In this document: positions 50,893 to 62,962 of the stretch, in pieces
Position numbering within the stretch: position 1 is the first letter of the stretch
Layout of the letters: each line of letters starts with the position of its first letter
NCBI RefSeq assembly: GCF_006345805.1
Contig: NC_043006.1
Coordinates: 15,996,001-16,060,000, forward strand
Direction: 5' to 3'
From: Octopus sinensis
Lineage: Eukaryota
DNA: 64,000 bases
Made by a program: the position numbers and the translations under genes
Notes under the pieces: model-generated
Seen by the model: only the letters and a program-made list of their open reading frames with translations
What the model was told of the DNA's origin: nothing
Databases searched by the model: none

Positions 50893-52656
50893 GTGGTGTG
50901 GCGCGCGGACCTCTATAGGGCCGAGGCTTTCCGCCAACTCAATGACACTTCCTTCTATTCCCCTCTGCCCTCTAACCCCACACGTAGCTACCAACAGACG
51001 GTATCCTCTACTGTCCGCGACCTCATCTCGTCCTCCCGTCTCCCCCGCACCGCATCCAACCTAATTGTGCGAACCCCACGTGCCCCCACCATTTACTTCC
51101 TCCCCAAAATCCACAAACCCAACAACCCTGGCCGCCCCATCGTCTCCGCCTGTAACTGCCCCACGGAGCTCATCTCTAAATACCTCGACCGTGTCCTTGC
51201 CCCCCTAGTGGCATCTCTTCCCTCCCACATCCACGATACCAACCATGCTCTCCGGCTTTTCAACTCTTTCTCCTTTCCTCCCGGCTCCTCCAAAATCCTT
51301 TTTACTATGGACATCCAAAGCCTCTATACTGTTATCCCTCACCACGAAGGACTGCAGGCCCTTCGACACTTTCTTGACCTCCGCTCTAACCCTGTACCTG
51401 ACACCTCCACACTCATTCGTCTGGCCGAACTTGTCCTTACTCTGAACTGCTTCTCGTTCGCGGGCGAGTTCTACCATCAGATCTCGGGAGTGGCCATGGG
51501 AACGCGAATGGGCCCCAACTATGCGAACCTGTTCGTTGGCTATGTTGAGGCCCAAATATTCTCTAATTTCACTGGTCCCACTCCTGAACTATATGGTCGT
51601 TACATTGACGACATTATCGGTGCCACCTCACTCTCCCGTGAACATCTAGATTCCTTCCTCTCTTTCGTCCAATCTTTCCATCCAGCCCTCCACTTCACTT
51701 CCACTATCTCCAACACCTCTGTCTCCTTCCTCGACATTTCGGTTAGCATTCTTCACTCCACTCTTACCACCTCCATTCACTACAAACACACAGACTCACA
51801 CTCATACCTCAACTTCTCTTCCTCCTACCCAGAACACACCAAGCTTTCCATCCCCTATTCCCAATTCCTCCGTCTACGTAGGCTCTGTAGTGACGACCAT
51901 GACTTTGAGACTCAGTCTCAACGTATGGCTCACCACTTCACCCTACGTGGATACCCCCTCACCACTATCCACACCGCCCTTGCCAGAGCACGGTCCGTGG
52001 ACCGTGTATCTTCTCTCTCTCCCCGAACCCGCCCTGTAGTCTCCTGCCTCCCTTTTCCCCTCACTTACCACCCCACGACCCTACCTCTCCAACGCACCAT
52101 TCTTCGAGCTTTCCGTCATCTCCAGTCCGACCCGTCCACTTCACACCTCTTCCCTAACCGACCCCTCCCCTCTTTCAAACGAGCCCACAACCTTCGAGAC
52201 CTTTTGGTCCATAGCTCCTTCCCTGACCCTACCTCCCAACCCGGCTCGTTCCCCTGCTCCCGCCCACGTTGCCGCACTTGCCCTTACCTCTCCAACACCA
52301 CCCGCCTCACTAGCACCCACCATCGACCATATCCCATCATCCACTCCTTCACCTGCACCTCCAGCAATATTATCTATTGCGTCTCTTGCTCTCTCTGCAA
52401 TTCCTTGTACATCGGACAAACGGGACGCCGCTTGGCTGACCGGTTCGCGGAACACCTTCGTGACATCCACCTTGCGAACGACACACCGGTCTCACGCCAT
52501 TTCCGCTCCACCGGTCACTCCTTGCAACATCTATCTGTGTTCGGTTTGTCCTTACACAGAGGCCATCCGGATTCCCGTTTGCGCCGTGAACAGGAATTAA
52601 TCTTCTCTTCGCTCTTATACGCCATTTGGTCTCAACTCTCCCCCCTCCTCATCTAA
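50893..52656 (+). CDS. PLE reverse transcriptase - GIY-YIG endonuclease (partial, frameshifted ends)
   Basis: YFLPKIHK, GRPIVS, TMDIQSLYT, GVAMGT, RYIDD, FLDI; Cys linker CSRPRCRTC; NIIYCVSCSLC..LYIGQTGRRLADRFAEH; ADKGG lies immediately upstream in frame. Confidence 0.9.
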   Translation: MVWRADLYRAEAFRQLNDTSFYSPLPSNPTRSYQQTVSSTVRDLISSSRLPRTASNLIVRTPRAPTIYFLPKIHKPNNPGRPIVSACNCPTELISKYLDRVLAPLVASLPSHIHDTNHALRLFNSFSFPPGSSKILFTMDIQSLYTVIPHHEGLQALRHFLDLRSNPVPDTSTLIRLAELVLTLNCFSFAGEFYHQISGVAMGTRMGPNYANLFVGYVEAQIFSNFTGPTPELYGRYIDDIIGATSLSREHLDSFLSFVQSFHPALHFTSTISNTSVSFLDISVSILHSTLTTSIHYKHTDSHSYLNFSSSYPEHTKLSIPYSQFLRLRRLCSDDHDFETQSQRMAHHFTLRGYPLTTIHTALARARSVDRVSSLSPRTRPVVSCLPFPLTYHPTTLPLQRTILRAFRHLQSDPSTSHLFPNRPLPSFKRAHNLRDLLVHSSFPDPTSQPGSFPCSRPRCRTCPYLSNTTRLTSTHHRPYPIIHSFTCTSSNIIYCVSCSLCNSLYIGQTGRRLADRFAEHLRDIHLANDTPVSRHFRSTGHSLQHLSVFGLSLHRGHPDSRLRREQELIFSSLLYAIWSQLSPLLI

Positions 52657-53058
52657 CCCCCCTCTCCCCCTCCTCATCTAACCCCCCTCTCCCCCCTCAC
52701 CTATCCTTCCCCCCGACCCCTACTTCTTCAGTCCTTCATCCTTTCACCCCTACTCCCTTCCCTTCTTCCCTCTTTCTCCCTCCCTCCTTCCCTCTTCCCT
52801 CTGCTCCCTCACTCCCCTTCTCTCTCCCCCTCCCCCTCTTTCCTGCCCCTCCTCCTCCCCTTCCTTCTCCCCTCCTCTCCTCTTCCCCCCTCTCCTCCCC
52901 CTCTTCTTCCCCTCCCCTTCTCCCCTCTTCTCCCCCTCCCCCTCTTTCCTGCCCCTCCTCCTCCCCTTCCTTCTCCCCTCCTCTCCTCTTCCCCCCTCTC
53001 CTCCCCCTCTTCTTCCCCTCCCCTTCTCCCCTCTTCTCCCCCTCCCCCTCTTCTCCTC
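52636..53058. repeat. Polypyrimidine/polypurine low-complexity tract
   Basis: Almost entirely C/T on the + strand, with internal duplications. Confidence 0.9.
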
Positions 53059-53492
53059 ACTACACCACACGACTTTACACATCACATCATATATGATGTG
53101 CCATACTAATACATACACCAACTAATACATACTAATACGTACTAATACATACTAATACATACTAATACATACACCAACCCTATACATACACACGTCCAGA
53201 CCCCTCATACGCACTTATACTCTCTCATACACACACACACTTATACATACTAATACGTACTAATACATACTAATACATACTAATACATACACCAACCCCA
53301 TACATACGCCTGTGCAGACCTATCCTAGGGTCACTCAACCCTATTATCAACCCTATTATCTCCCCTTATTTCGCTCTCGCGTCTCATGTTTGATCTTTGA
53401 CCTCTGGCCGAAATCAGATCGCCATGTTGATTCGTTAGTTACTGCACGCATTTTTTTTCTCTCCTTCTTTCTGTGTTTTTTCTCTCTGTGTA

Positions 53493-53530
53493 TCTTTCTG
53501 TTGAAGAGCGTAGGCTCGAAACGTTAAAGA
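53493..53530 (+). ncRNA. Minimal PLE-type hammerhead variant
   Basis: UCUUU CUGUUGA A GAGC-GUAG-GCUC GAAA CGUU^AAAGA; core has U in place of A6. Confidence 0.55.
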
Positions 53531-54211
53531 CTTGTTTTATTTATATTTCCTGAGCGCCATACTAATACAATTGCTTGTTTGTTTTCCACCTGCCTTCGTC
53601 TTTTGTCTATTTTCATAAAGCTTCCCGTTATATATATATATATATATATATGGGCGGTGTTACGTACATTTCTTGGACATGGAGCCTAAATGACTCATAT
53701 TTTGAGAGTCTTTGTGAGACAACGCTTTTAATGGCGTTTTATAATCAGAAGCTGTGGAGGAAGCAGCGTGCATATGTATGTCTGTGACAGAAAATACGCT
53801 GCTGGAGAGAGAATACAAACAAAATTTTAGTTTTACAAAAGTACTTTAGCATACAATCAAATAAACACTGATTTCTGTAAAATTGAAATCATGCTCCACA
53901 ATACAATTACTATTCACTTCTGTTTTGATTCTAGCAATTTCCAAAAATGTTCACAAACACTGGATAATGTCATAGCTTCAATGTTAGCCTATTAGTAGTT
54001 TCTCTGATTCATTCTTCATTTTTATCTTAGCAGTCTGCTAGTTTCTGGTCGCTATTCTATTTGTTGGCTTCCTTAAAAGTAGAAAACGGTTTTTTTGTTT
54101 CAATGAATAATTTTCTTAATTCTTTCCTAGGTATTTTTGTAGTTCTATAAAATATAATAATGAATGTGCGTAGCATAGTGCTAAGATTGCTGAGCTGACA
54201 ATCGTTAGGTA

Positions 54212-55658
54212 CGAATGTGGGCTGAAAAGTTCATAGCCTGACAATGAAGGAGTGATACTACGAGGGGGTGCTGAGATGTTTTTGGCTTTGGGTAAAAGAA
54301 ACTACAGGAAGATCAGATACTTACGATTTTATTCACGTACTTACTGCAGCGGTTGTTCAGTTTTTCTAAGCCCTGTAACAGAAGTCGGAAGGTTGGGCCC
54401 CCAACCAGGTCTTTCGCGATCTTCTTAAAGCCAGGAACTTTTGAACAACCATCGTAGAGTTGTGAAATCTTTATATTTATTTCAACTTTTCTTACTTATA
54501 AGTGCATTGTTTCTTTTCAGGTAAACTGAAATTTGTTCAAAGATTTCAAAGAAAAACTAGTAACAAACCTCTCTGGAAATTTGGCATTGTGATGCTTTCA
54601 AGTATATGCAGCAAAAGTGTTTAGCTCCTAAGGACATCCATGCTGACATGGTTGCTGCGTCAGAGGATGACGCTCCAACTTTATCAAAAGTACAAAAGTG
54701 AGCGGCTTAATTTACGAAGGGAAAGGATAGTTCTGAAATGACCCAAGGTCTGGATGTCCTGCAACTGCCACTACCGAGGGAACCTTGATCGTGTTCACCA
54801 CATGCTGATGGATAACAGGCGATTGACCATAACTCCAAGAGCCAATTCTAATAGCATATCCCGAAATAGAAGTAATATTTTGCACAATTAACTTAGCTCA
54901 TTCGGTGCCACATCATGTGATATCTGATCAAAAGCGCATCGGGTTAATCACATCACAGGAGAATCTGGCAATACTAGGAGCAGATCCAACCGGTTTTCTT
55001 GAACGGATTTTTGTTTTAATTTTTAATCCAGTATGAATGATGGGTTCATCACTTTGGATCAGAGACAAAGAGGCAATGTATGCAGTGAAAACACCTTTCC
55101 TCACCTGCTCCAAGGAATTCCACGGTCGTTTTATCTGCATGGAAGATGATGACCTCATTTTTAGGGGAGGGAAAAGGCATTTTATTGACTACTTTCAAAA
55201 GGACCACATCATTAAAGGAATGTACTATTCCAATTTGTTATGGCAGTTGCTAGAGACTATGAAAACCAAACACCCAAGGGAACTGATGAAAGGGTCCTTG
55301 TTTCATCAGGACGATGCTCCAACACCCAAGTCCTTTGTTCAATGGCTGCTATGCGTGACTGTGTTTTTGAACTGGTTGATCATCCTCCCTATTCTCCTGA
55401 TTTGGTCCCATCTGACCATCATCTGTTCTCCAACATGAAAATCCCACTTAGCTGGGAACTAGTATGGCAGTGATGATGACATCACATCTGTTGTTGATGA
55501 CTTTTTTTACCAACAACATGAAAGCTTCTTCACCAACTGGATCAGGCATTGCAACACCAATGGAAGAAGTGTGGAGGACTAAGTGGAAAAATAAACCTCA
55601 TTTTGTCACATTCCATGAGAGTATCTTGATTAGCCTTTGAATTTTTCAGCAGAACTAG
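54212..55658 (+). mobile_element. Decayed mariner with nested MITE (54261-54454)
   Basis: GCTGAAAAGTTCA / TGAATTTTTCAGC TIRs; FHQDDAP and HPPYSPDLVPSD motifs; many stops and frameshifts. Confidence 0.85.
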
Positions 55659-55879
55659 GGTCGAACTCACGGTGTATGGAGTTCTTGATCAAGGTATCTC
55701 ATTTCCTGTCGCTCTAATCCACTCAACTGCAAATGAGGGGAGATAAGCCTGCAATGAACTGGCATTTTGTTCAGTGGAGGGCGTTTTTTACTCTTAGTAG
55801 CATAAACACCTCAGAAATCCAAACAGGTTCTAGTCTCAAAAGCCTGTAGCGTTGAGGCATACGATTGATACTTAAATTT

Positions 55880-56600
55880 GTTATTGTGTTCCGCTTCCTT
55901 CCACATTGCCCTTTAATTCTCGGTAGATATAACCTTTCTGCTTTGACATTCAAGTTATTATTTTTCTGTTTTTTTTTCTTGTATCGCTTTCTTTACTGGA
56001 GCAACTAAAATAGTGATATTTATTACCTTATTTTTGCTCTTTAGCTATTTTTACTATTAATCTAATGCGTTTCTACTGCTTCTTCCTCAGCATATGTTCC
56101 CTCAGCATATGTTTATACAAAGTTTAATTCCTAAGTACTTATATGTCTATGTTTGGTCTATTTCTCAGTCGCTCTTTTTCTTTTGTTGTTGTTGCTTTTG
56201 TACATTTTTCGAAACTGCATTTTATGTCAATTCTTCTACTGATTCAATTCTCTGTAAAGCAATGTTTACATTTGTATGGACAATACGACTGGAGGTCATC
56301 CAAATAAAGAATTGATTGATTAGTGTCCTACTGCACATACATTTGAGTTCAGTGTAATTTATCATGTTGGCTAAAGATGTTAGTTACAGGCATAAAAGGA
56401 GTGGTAAAGAGTCCTCTTGCAATATTTCACTTTTAATGTAGATGGGTTTAGGTTGTTTTTATACTTATAATGTTGTTTATTAGTTCTAGTACCCACATAA
56501 CTACTCATGGCTAACGTTTCCAGAATTTATAGGTTGCAGGATCTACTCAGAAACCTTTTGATAATCAATACACGTCATGATCAGCCCAGTCTTTCTCCTT
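55880..56600 (-). mobile_element. Decayed R4/Dong-like RT relic
   Basis: Ordered broken motifs IDYQK, ILQEDSL.PLL, LDDL, YKYLGI, KNKVINI, ERLYLPR. Confidence 0.7.
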
Positions 56601-56829
56601 AAATAATCTTCAGTTACAAGTAGGATGGAGAGTCGCTGAAGAGGCCCTAGGGTGTGTGTTTTACAGATCTCCAGAAAGATTTCCAGATAAAGGACATAAA
56701 ATAAGAACAATTATAAATCTGAAATGAAAAAACGAATATATAGCGCGTGTGTTTATTTGGCAGAAAAAATTGACTATCCCAAAATATAAAAATATAACAA
56801 AATCTTCACTTATAATTTCGAATAATCAG

Positions 56830-57200
56830 TGATTGAGTTGTACGGCTTTATGAAGATTTAGAACAGGTATTCCAATGACAAAGCCGGGAATCCTGAAAGT
56901 AGAACATTTTACAATATACAGGAATGAGAACATAAGATAGGAAAATATAAATTCGTCAATTAAAAATGAACTAGATGCTTAAAGTCAGATAATAGGTGTC
57001 AACACTATTGATAAGCTTGAACTAAATATCTAAATAGGAAAACGAGTGAATTACAAAAATAAATTGGAAGCAAAAAAGATAAAACAATTTTATTTAGAAT
57101 GCAGTACACAATCTCCAGACATATCTAGAGTATATCAGCTAAGGTAAAAGACATCATAGACAATTAGAAATTAATCTAAAATAGCTTGTATAGGATTATA
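56830..57200 (+). mobile_element. Second very decayed R4/Dong-like relic
   Basis: KNELDA*SQIIGVNT and PDISRVYQLR resemble the post-RT motifs. Confidence 0.35.
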
Positions 57201-57665
57201 AAAATATCTGGTTAAGAATAAATTTCAGCTAACGCAAATATCTAGAAGACTTGAAGAAGACAGTCTTCTTTTTTGCGTTGAGTATATTCTTCAACAAATC
57301 TGCCTACGACAAAACAGGGGAAACATCATTATAAAGAGAAATTCAAACCAAACGTGTAATAAATACTTAAAAAACAATACTGGTACTAAAACTATAAAAT
57401 GTTCATAGAAAGCAATAAAATCTCTCTAAAACGGCCAATATCTAAGGCAAATGAACAAAGTAGCTGTAGGGCTGGAACACGCTTCGTTGGTTCAGAAGAC
57501 AAGAACTTAGGCTGAAATGTGTTCCCCGTTCTGGCATGAGACTTAAACCGTAAATGAGTGTATAGAAATCAACAGCAGGTTGTAAGATAGCGAGTATTGA
57601 ATACATCGTCTGTATATGTTACGTGTCGAAAATATATGTACGTTTTTTTCGAAACTCGAGATGTC

Positions 57666-57676
57666 AGTGTGTGTGT

Positions 57677-57735
<59 letters not shown>

Positions 57736-58125
57736 TGCGTGTGTGTGTGTCTGCGTGTGTGTGTGTGTAAGTACACTCAGACACTTCTTCACGATCAGTA
57801 ACTATTAAGCCAGTGACGATCAAAATGAGATGATTCTAAATAAACACGAAAAAGAGAGGAATAAAGGTAAACAGCGGTAGATGCAGCAACGACAGCGCGT
57901 CTGTGAGTGTGTTTGTGTGTGTGTGTTTGTGTGTGTGTTTGTGTGTGTGTGTGTGTTCGTGTGTGTGTTTGTGTTTGTGTGTGTGTGTGTTTGTGTGTGT
58001 GTAAGTGTGTAAGTGTGTGTGTGTGTAAAACATGTATTATATTATATTATATTATATTATATTATATCATATTATATTATATATCATATCATATCATATC
58101 ATATCATATCATATCATATCATATC
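57666..58125. repeat. (GT)n and (ATATT)n/(ATATC)n microsatellites
   Basis: Direct inspection. Confidence 0.9.
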
Positions 58126-58362
58126 AGATAGTAATATTTCGGCTGAAAGCGAAGATGAAAGAATTGTGATATGCAATAAAGCATGATCACTGTCTTGTTT
58201 ACAACTTTTTTATATCTACTGTAAGGATATTCAGGAATTTCCGGATGTATCTTCATCTGTTTTCGTTGTGAAACTGCACTTTGTAGCCGATATACGTGGG
58301 TGAGCTCTATAAAGCTAACTACGAGTTCACTACCAAACTGAATTGATGTATATATCAACGTT

Positions 58363-58765
58363 AAGGCGGCGAGCTGGCAGAATCGGTAGCACTCTGGGCG
58401 AAATGCTTAGCAGCATTTCGCCTGCCGCTACGTTCTGAGTTCAAATTCCGCCTAGGTCGACTTTGCCTTTCATCCTTTCGGGATCTATAAATTAAGTAAC
58501 AGTTACGCACTGGGGGTCGATGTAATCGATTTAATCCGTTTGTCTGTCCTTGTTTGTCCCCTCTGTGTGTAGCCCCTTGTGGATAGTAAAGAAATAGGTA
58601 TTTCGTCTGTCTTTACATTCTGAGTTCAAATTCCGCCGAGGTCGACTTTGCCTTTCATCTTTTCAGGGGTCGATAAATTAAGTACCGGTTGCGTGCTAGG
58701 GTCAATCTAATCGACTGGCCCCACTCCCCATAAATTTCGGGCCTTGTACCTAGAGTAGAAAAAGA
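58363..58765 (+). mobile_element. SINE family A dimer
   Basis: 14-bp TSD TATATATCAACGTT (58349-58362, 58766-58779). Confidence 0.9.
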
Positions 58766-58849
58766 TATATATCAACGTTGGAATTCGATCGAATGTCCTT
58801 CCTGAACCATTGGCTCATAAGGCTGGTGTCCAGGATTCTTTGGAAAATA

Positions 58850-60685
58850 CAGTATCTCACAAAAGTAAGTACACCCCTGAAATATTTCAGTAAAAGTTGC
58901 CATTACTCTGATAATATCGAAGCAAAACAAACGAAATTTATACTGAATAAAATATATTATACATGCAAATATTTTATGAGTTTGAAACAAAAAGCAATAA
59001 ACATATTCAAAGATATGAACGAAATATTAATTTTCAAACGTTACAAAAACATGCACACACTAAAGGAAATTTGCAATATTCAATATTTTATCCACTTCTT
59101 TTTTAACCAAATCGAATCGCTGATAATTTCAATTCTAATAAATTACTTTTCTGGCAGTTTTGCACCGGTCATTATTATTCCATCTGCAGGAATTCTGTTT
59201 TGCGTCTCGTCGTGAAAATTTTCTTCATTGTGATTAAAATGGCACCAAAAAGGTAAAAAATTGTCTGAAGATTTGAAAAAAATTATTTTTAAGTTGCACA
59301 AGAAAGATATAAGTTAAAATGCAAACCTCCACATATTAACGTAAACACAGTCGCCAAAGTAATTCAGAAGTATAAAGCTACTGGACGGCCAAGCAATAAA
59401 CCTCATCCATGGCGTCCTTCTATTTTAACTGCGCGTGATATTCTATTTCTTTACTACCCACTAGGGGCTATACTCAAGGCACAAGGCCCGAAATTTATGT
59501 GGAGTTGGGCCAGTCGATTAGATTGACCCTAGCACGCAACCGGTACTTAATTTATCGACCCCTGAAAAGATGAAAGGCAAAGTCGACCTCGGCGGAATTT
59601 GAACTCAGAATGTAAAGACAGACGAAATACCTATTTCTTTACTATCCACAAGGGGCTACACACAGAGGGGACAAACAAGGACAGACAAACGGATTAAGTC
59701 GATTACATCGACCCCCAGTGCGTAACTGGTACTTAATTTATCGACCCCGAAAGGATGAAAGGCAAAGTCGACCTCGGCGGAATTTGAACTCAGAACGGCA
59801 GACGAAATACGGCTTCGCATTTCGCCCGGCGTGCTAACGTTTCTGCCAGCTCGCCGCCTTACTGCGCGTGATATTTACCATATCCAACGTTGCGTGATGG
59901 GCTTCAGGTGTCGTACCGCTTCATCTTTGGCCCAAGATGTGTCTTCTGTTACTGGATAGAGTGTATCCGCCCGAAGAGTTCACCGGGGTTTGAACCAGTG
60001 TGGTTTTCATGGACGCATTCTTCGTAGGAAGCCTCTCCTCGTTACCAGACATAAACCAAGTTGTCTTTCATTTGCCGAAACTTATGTGAGTAAGGAGAAG
60101 GAGTTTTGGAATGAAATTCTTTTTTCTGACGAGACTAAAATCAATTTGTTTGGGTCAGATGGTACTACACGAGTATGGCCACGACCAGGTGAAGATAGTA
60201 GCGACAAATGTACTGTGTCTACCGTGAAACACGGCGGCAAAAGTGTAATGCTCAGGGGATGCATGATAGCGCTTGGTGTGGGAGGCTCACATTTATTGAG
60301 AGAACAAAGAGATTCAAGGCTTTATTATGACATATTACAGAAAAAATTTTGAAAAGCATAAAGGAACTAGGAAGACATTCCATGTTCCAAAATGATAATG
60401 ACTCTAAACAAACACACTTCAAAGATGACGACTAAGTTTTTATCAGATAAAAAGGCAAAGGTATTGCCTTGGCCTAACATGTCGCATGATTTAAACCCAA
60501 TAGGAGACCTGTGGGGTGTTTTGAAAACGAAGGTTGAGGAGAAAAAACCCCGCAATGTAACACGGTTGAAAGATATCATCCAGGACAAATGGAGATCGAT
60601 TTCATCACTTATATGTGGAAATTTAGTCGACTCTATGCCCAGAAGACTTAATGTAGTCATTAAAAGGGCGGTCACACCAATTTTG
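58850..60685 (+). mobile_element. Decayed Tc1 (DD34E type) transposon, right end lost
   Basis: TA|CAGTATCTCACAAAAGTAAGTACACCC TIR; RRKPLL, LFSDETKINLFG, TVKHGG, FQNDND, SHDLNPI, KGGHT; interrupted by a SINE. Confidence 0.88.
59443..59860 (-). mobile_element. SINE family A dimer inserted in the Tc1 transposase
   Basis: 15-bp TSD ACTGCGCGTGATATT (59428-59442, 59861-59875). Confidence 0.92.
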
Positions 60686-60689
60686 AATA

Positions 60690-62346
60690 CACCCTTTATG
60701 GGAGGTTTTATCATTTATGTTTTTGTGAGTTTTAGTTTATCATGGTAGTTTTATAAAAGAATCCATTCATAATTTTTTAAATAATGTTGGTTTACCGCGT
60801 GTATATAATTTTTAATTCCATTTATTCTATTTCTCCATTCATAATTTTAAGTGAGGTTTGCTTCCATAGCGCGTATTCTTTTTATACATAAGTTATGTTC
60901 CTATGGTAACGTAATTTGGTTTGATGTTTTTAACGGATTAGAATTTAATTTCACTTCATAATTTGAAACTGACTTGAAAGTATGTATATTATTTCTCCTT
61001 ATGTCATATTGTTATTTTTGATATTCTGGTTACTTACGATGTATTTTATATATCGTATTATGTGTAATAATGTTGTTTTTCTTTGGAGTGTTTATGTATG
61101 TGGGATTGTATGTGAGTGTGTGCGTATTTTGGTTGTGTAGTTTGTTTATCTGTATGAATGTGGGTGTGTTAATATTGTTGTATATATCGAGCTTGGTGAG
61201 TATGTATATGTATATGGTGTGTGTTTTACGTGTGTATATTTGTGTGTGAATGTGTTTATGGGTTTGCTATTTAGGTTTGGGGATGTATGTGTTTATTTGT
61301 CTGTGTGGGGTTGAGTGGGTTTTTGGAGTATATGTTGAGGTTTATATGTATGTATAGGTATGTGTAAGTGGAGTGGGTATTTGTATATGTCGTGGGTGTG
61401 TGGTTTACGTGTGTGTATTTGTGTGTGAATGTTTAGGTTAGGGGGATTGCTATATAGGTATGTTATAGAGTTTAGTAAAGGGAGATTTTATCATTATATG
61501 TTTTTATGAGTTTTGGTTTATCATGGTAGTTTTGTTAAGGAATTCGTAGTAATTTGTGTCTATTTGCGATGTCTGTTGTTTTATTGCATTATTTCATTCA
61601 TAATTTTTAAGTAGTGTTCGTTTTACCAAGTGAATATAATTTTTAATTCCATTTATTCCATTTCTCCGTTCATAATTTTAAGTGATGTCCGTTTCTAGAG
61701 CGGGAATGTGGGTTGTATGTGTGTGTGAGGGAGTATGAATAAGTATTGTGTTGAAGTATTTAGCTATTTTATTTATTTATCGTTGCATAGACGTTTTTAT
61801 GTGTATGTATAGGGATATATATATAGGTGTGTGATTTAGTGTATGTATTTAGATATGGTTATATATAATTAGTTATATGTGTATGGGTGTATATATAGTT
61901 TATTTTTTGTTTTGTTTTATATTTTATATTTTATATTTTATATTTTATATTTTATATTTAATTGTTGATAGGTTTATTTTAGTTTATATATTGTTTATAT
62001 ATTGATTATATATGGATTATATATAGGTTATATATAGATTATATATTTATATTTTTTCATTAATACTTTAATTATTTTAAAATTATTATTTTTATATTTT
62101 AAAATATTGATATTTTAGATTGGAAGTCCACCTGAAGATTGTCGATCAAGACAAGAAACAATTGTAGTGGCGGTTTTTTTTGACTTTTTATTAAAATTTT
62201 ATGTATTGATTAAGTCTTTCCTTGTTTGTTTTGCAAAATAGTGGTTTTGTCTCTAATAATATTATATAATATTTTACTATAAAATTGGATTTAATCCTAA
62301 ATCTGATTTTTTCCCTGTAAATTTGGATTTATTCCCTAATATTTAT

Positions 62347-62350
<4 letters not shown>
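60690..62350 (+). mobile_element. GT-rich element ending in a hammerhead-bearing terminal repeat and (TA)n
   Basis: Strong G/T strand bias; internal repeats (60702-60765 with 61482-61548; 60805-60860 with 61635-61690); 3' end shares motifs with 11040-11370 and 50053-50080. Confidence 0.6.
62128..62170 (+). ncRNA. Canonical minimal type I hammerhead ribozyme motif
   Basis: CCAC CUGAAGA UUGUC-GAUCAA-GACAA GAAA CAAUUG UA^GUGG: perfect helices, palindromic stem III ACAAUUGU, cut after 62166. Confidence 0.85.
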
Positions 62351-62441
<91 letters not shown>

Positions 62442-62448
62442 CATACAT

Positions 62449-62514
<66 letters not shown>

Positions 62515-62757
62515 TATACGGGATGGCGTGTCTCTCACCATCGCTTAACAACCGGAACCTGTGTCAGCTTGTTTACTAGATTTTCGGCTAAAACAGTCCC
62601 ATAGAATAAGTACTGGACTTTAAAGATAAGTCCTGGGGTTGCTTTACCAACTAAACCCTTCAAGGTGATGCCCCAGCACGACCGAATCCAATGATTAAAA
62701 CAATTAAAACCTAAAAGATAATTAATACATATATTCATACCGATTTATAATGGTCTC

Positions 62758-62962
62758 AAATTTTGACACAAGGCCAGCAATTTCGGAGAGGAGGTAAGTC
62801 GATTACGTCGATTCCCAGAACTCGCCTGGTACTAATTTTATTGACCCCGAAAGAATGACAAAGTCGAGCTCGGCGGCATTTGAACTCAGAACATGAAGAC
62901 GGACGAAATGCCGCTAAGCATTTTGACTGGCGTACTAAGGATTCTTCCAGCTTGTCGCCTTA
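62758..62962 (-). mobile_element. Older SINE family A copy (flanked by decayed SINE B pieces 62520-62720 and 63220-63385)
   Basis: Family A core with many substitutions. Confidence 0.75.

Larger units (their letters stand above)
50636..53629 (+). mobile_element. 5'-truncated Penelope-like retroelement (Neptune type) inside (TA)n
   Basis: RT plus GIY-YIG ORF, pyrimidine-rich 3' region, terminal repeat with hammerhead-like motif; (TA)n on both sides. Confidence 0.93.

Noticed and set aside
52626-53121. Pro/Ser-rich and Gly/Glu/Arg-rich ORFs
   Set aside because: By-products of the polypyrimidine tract
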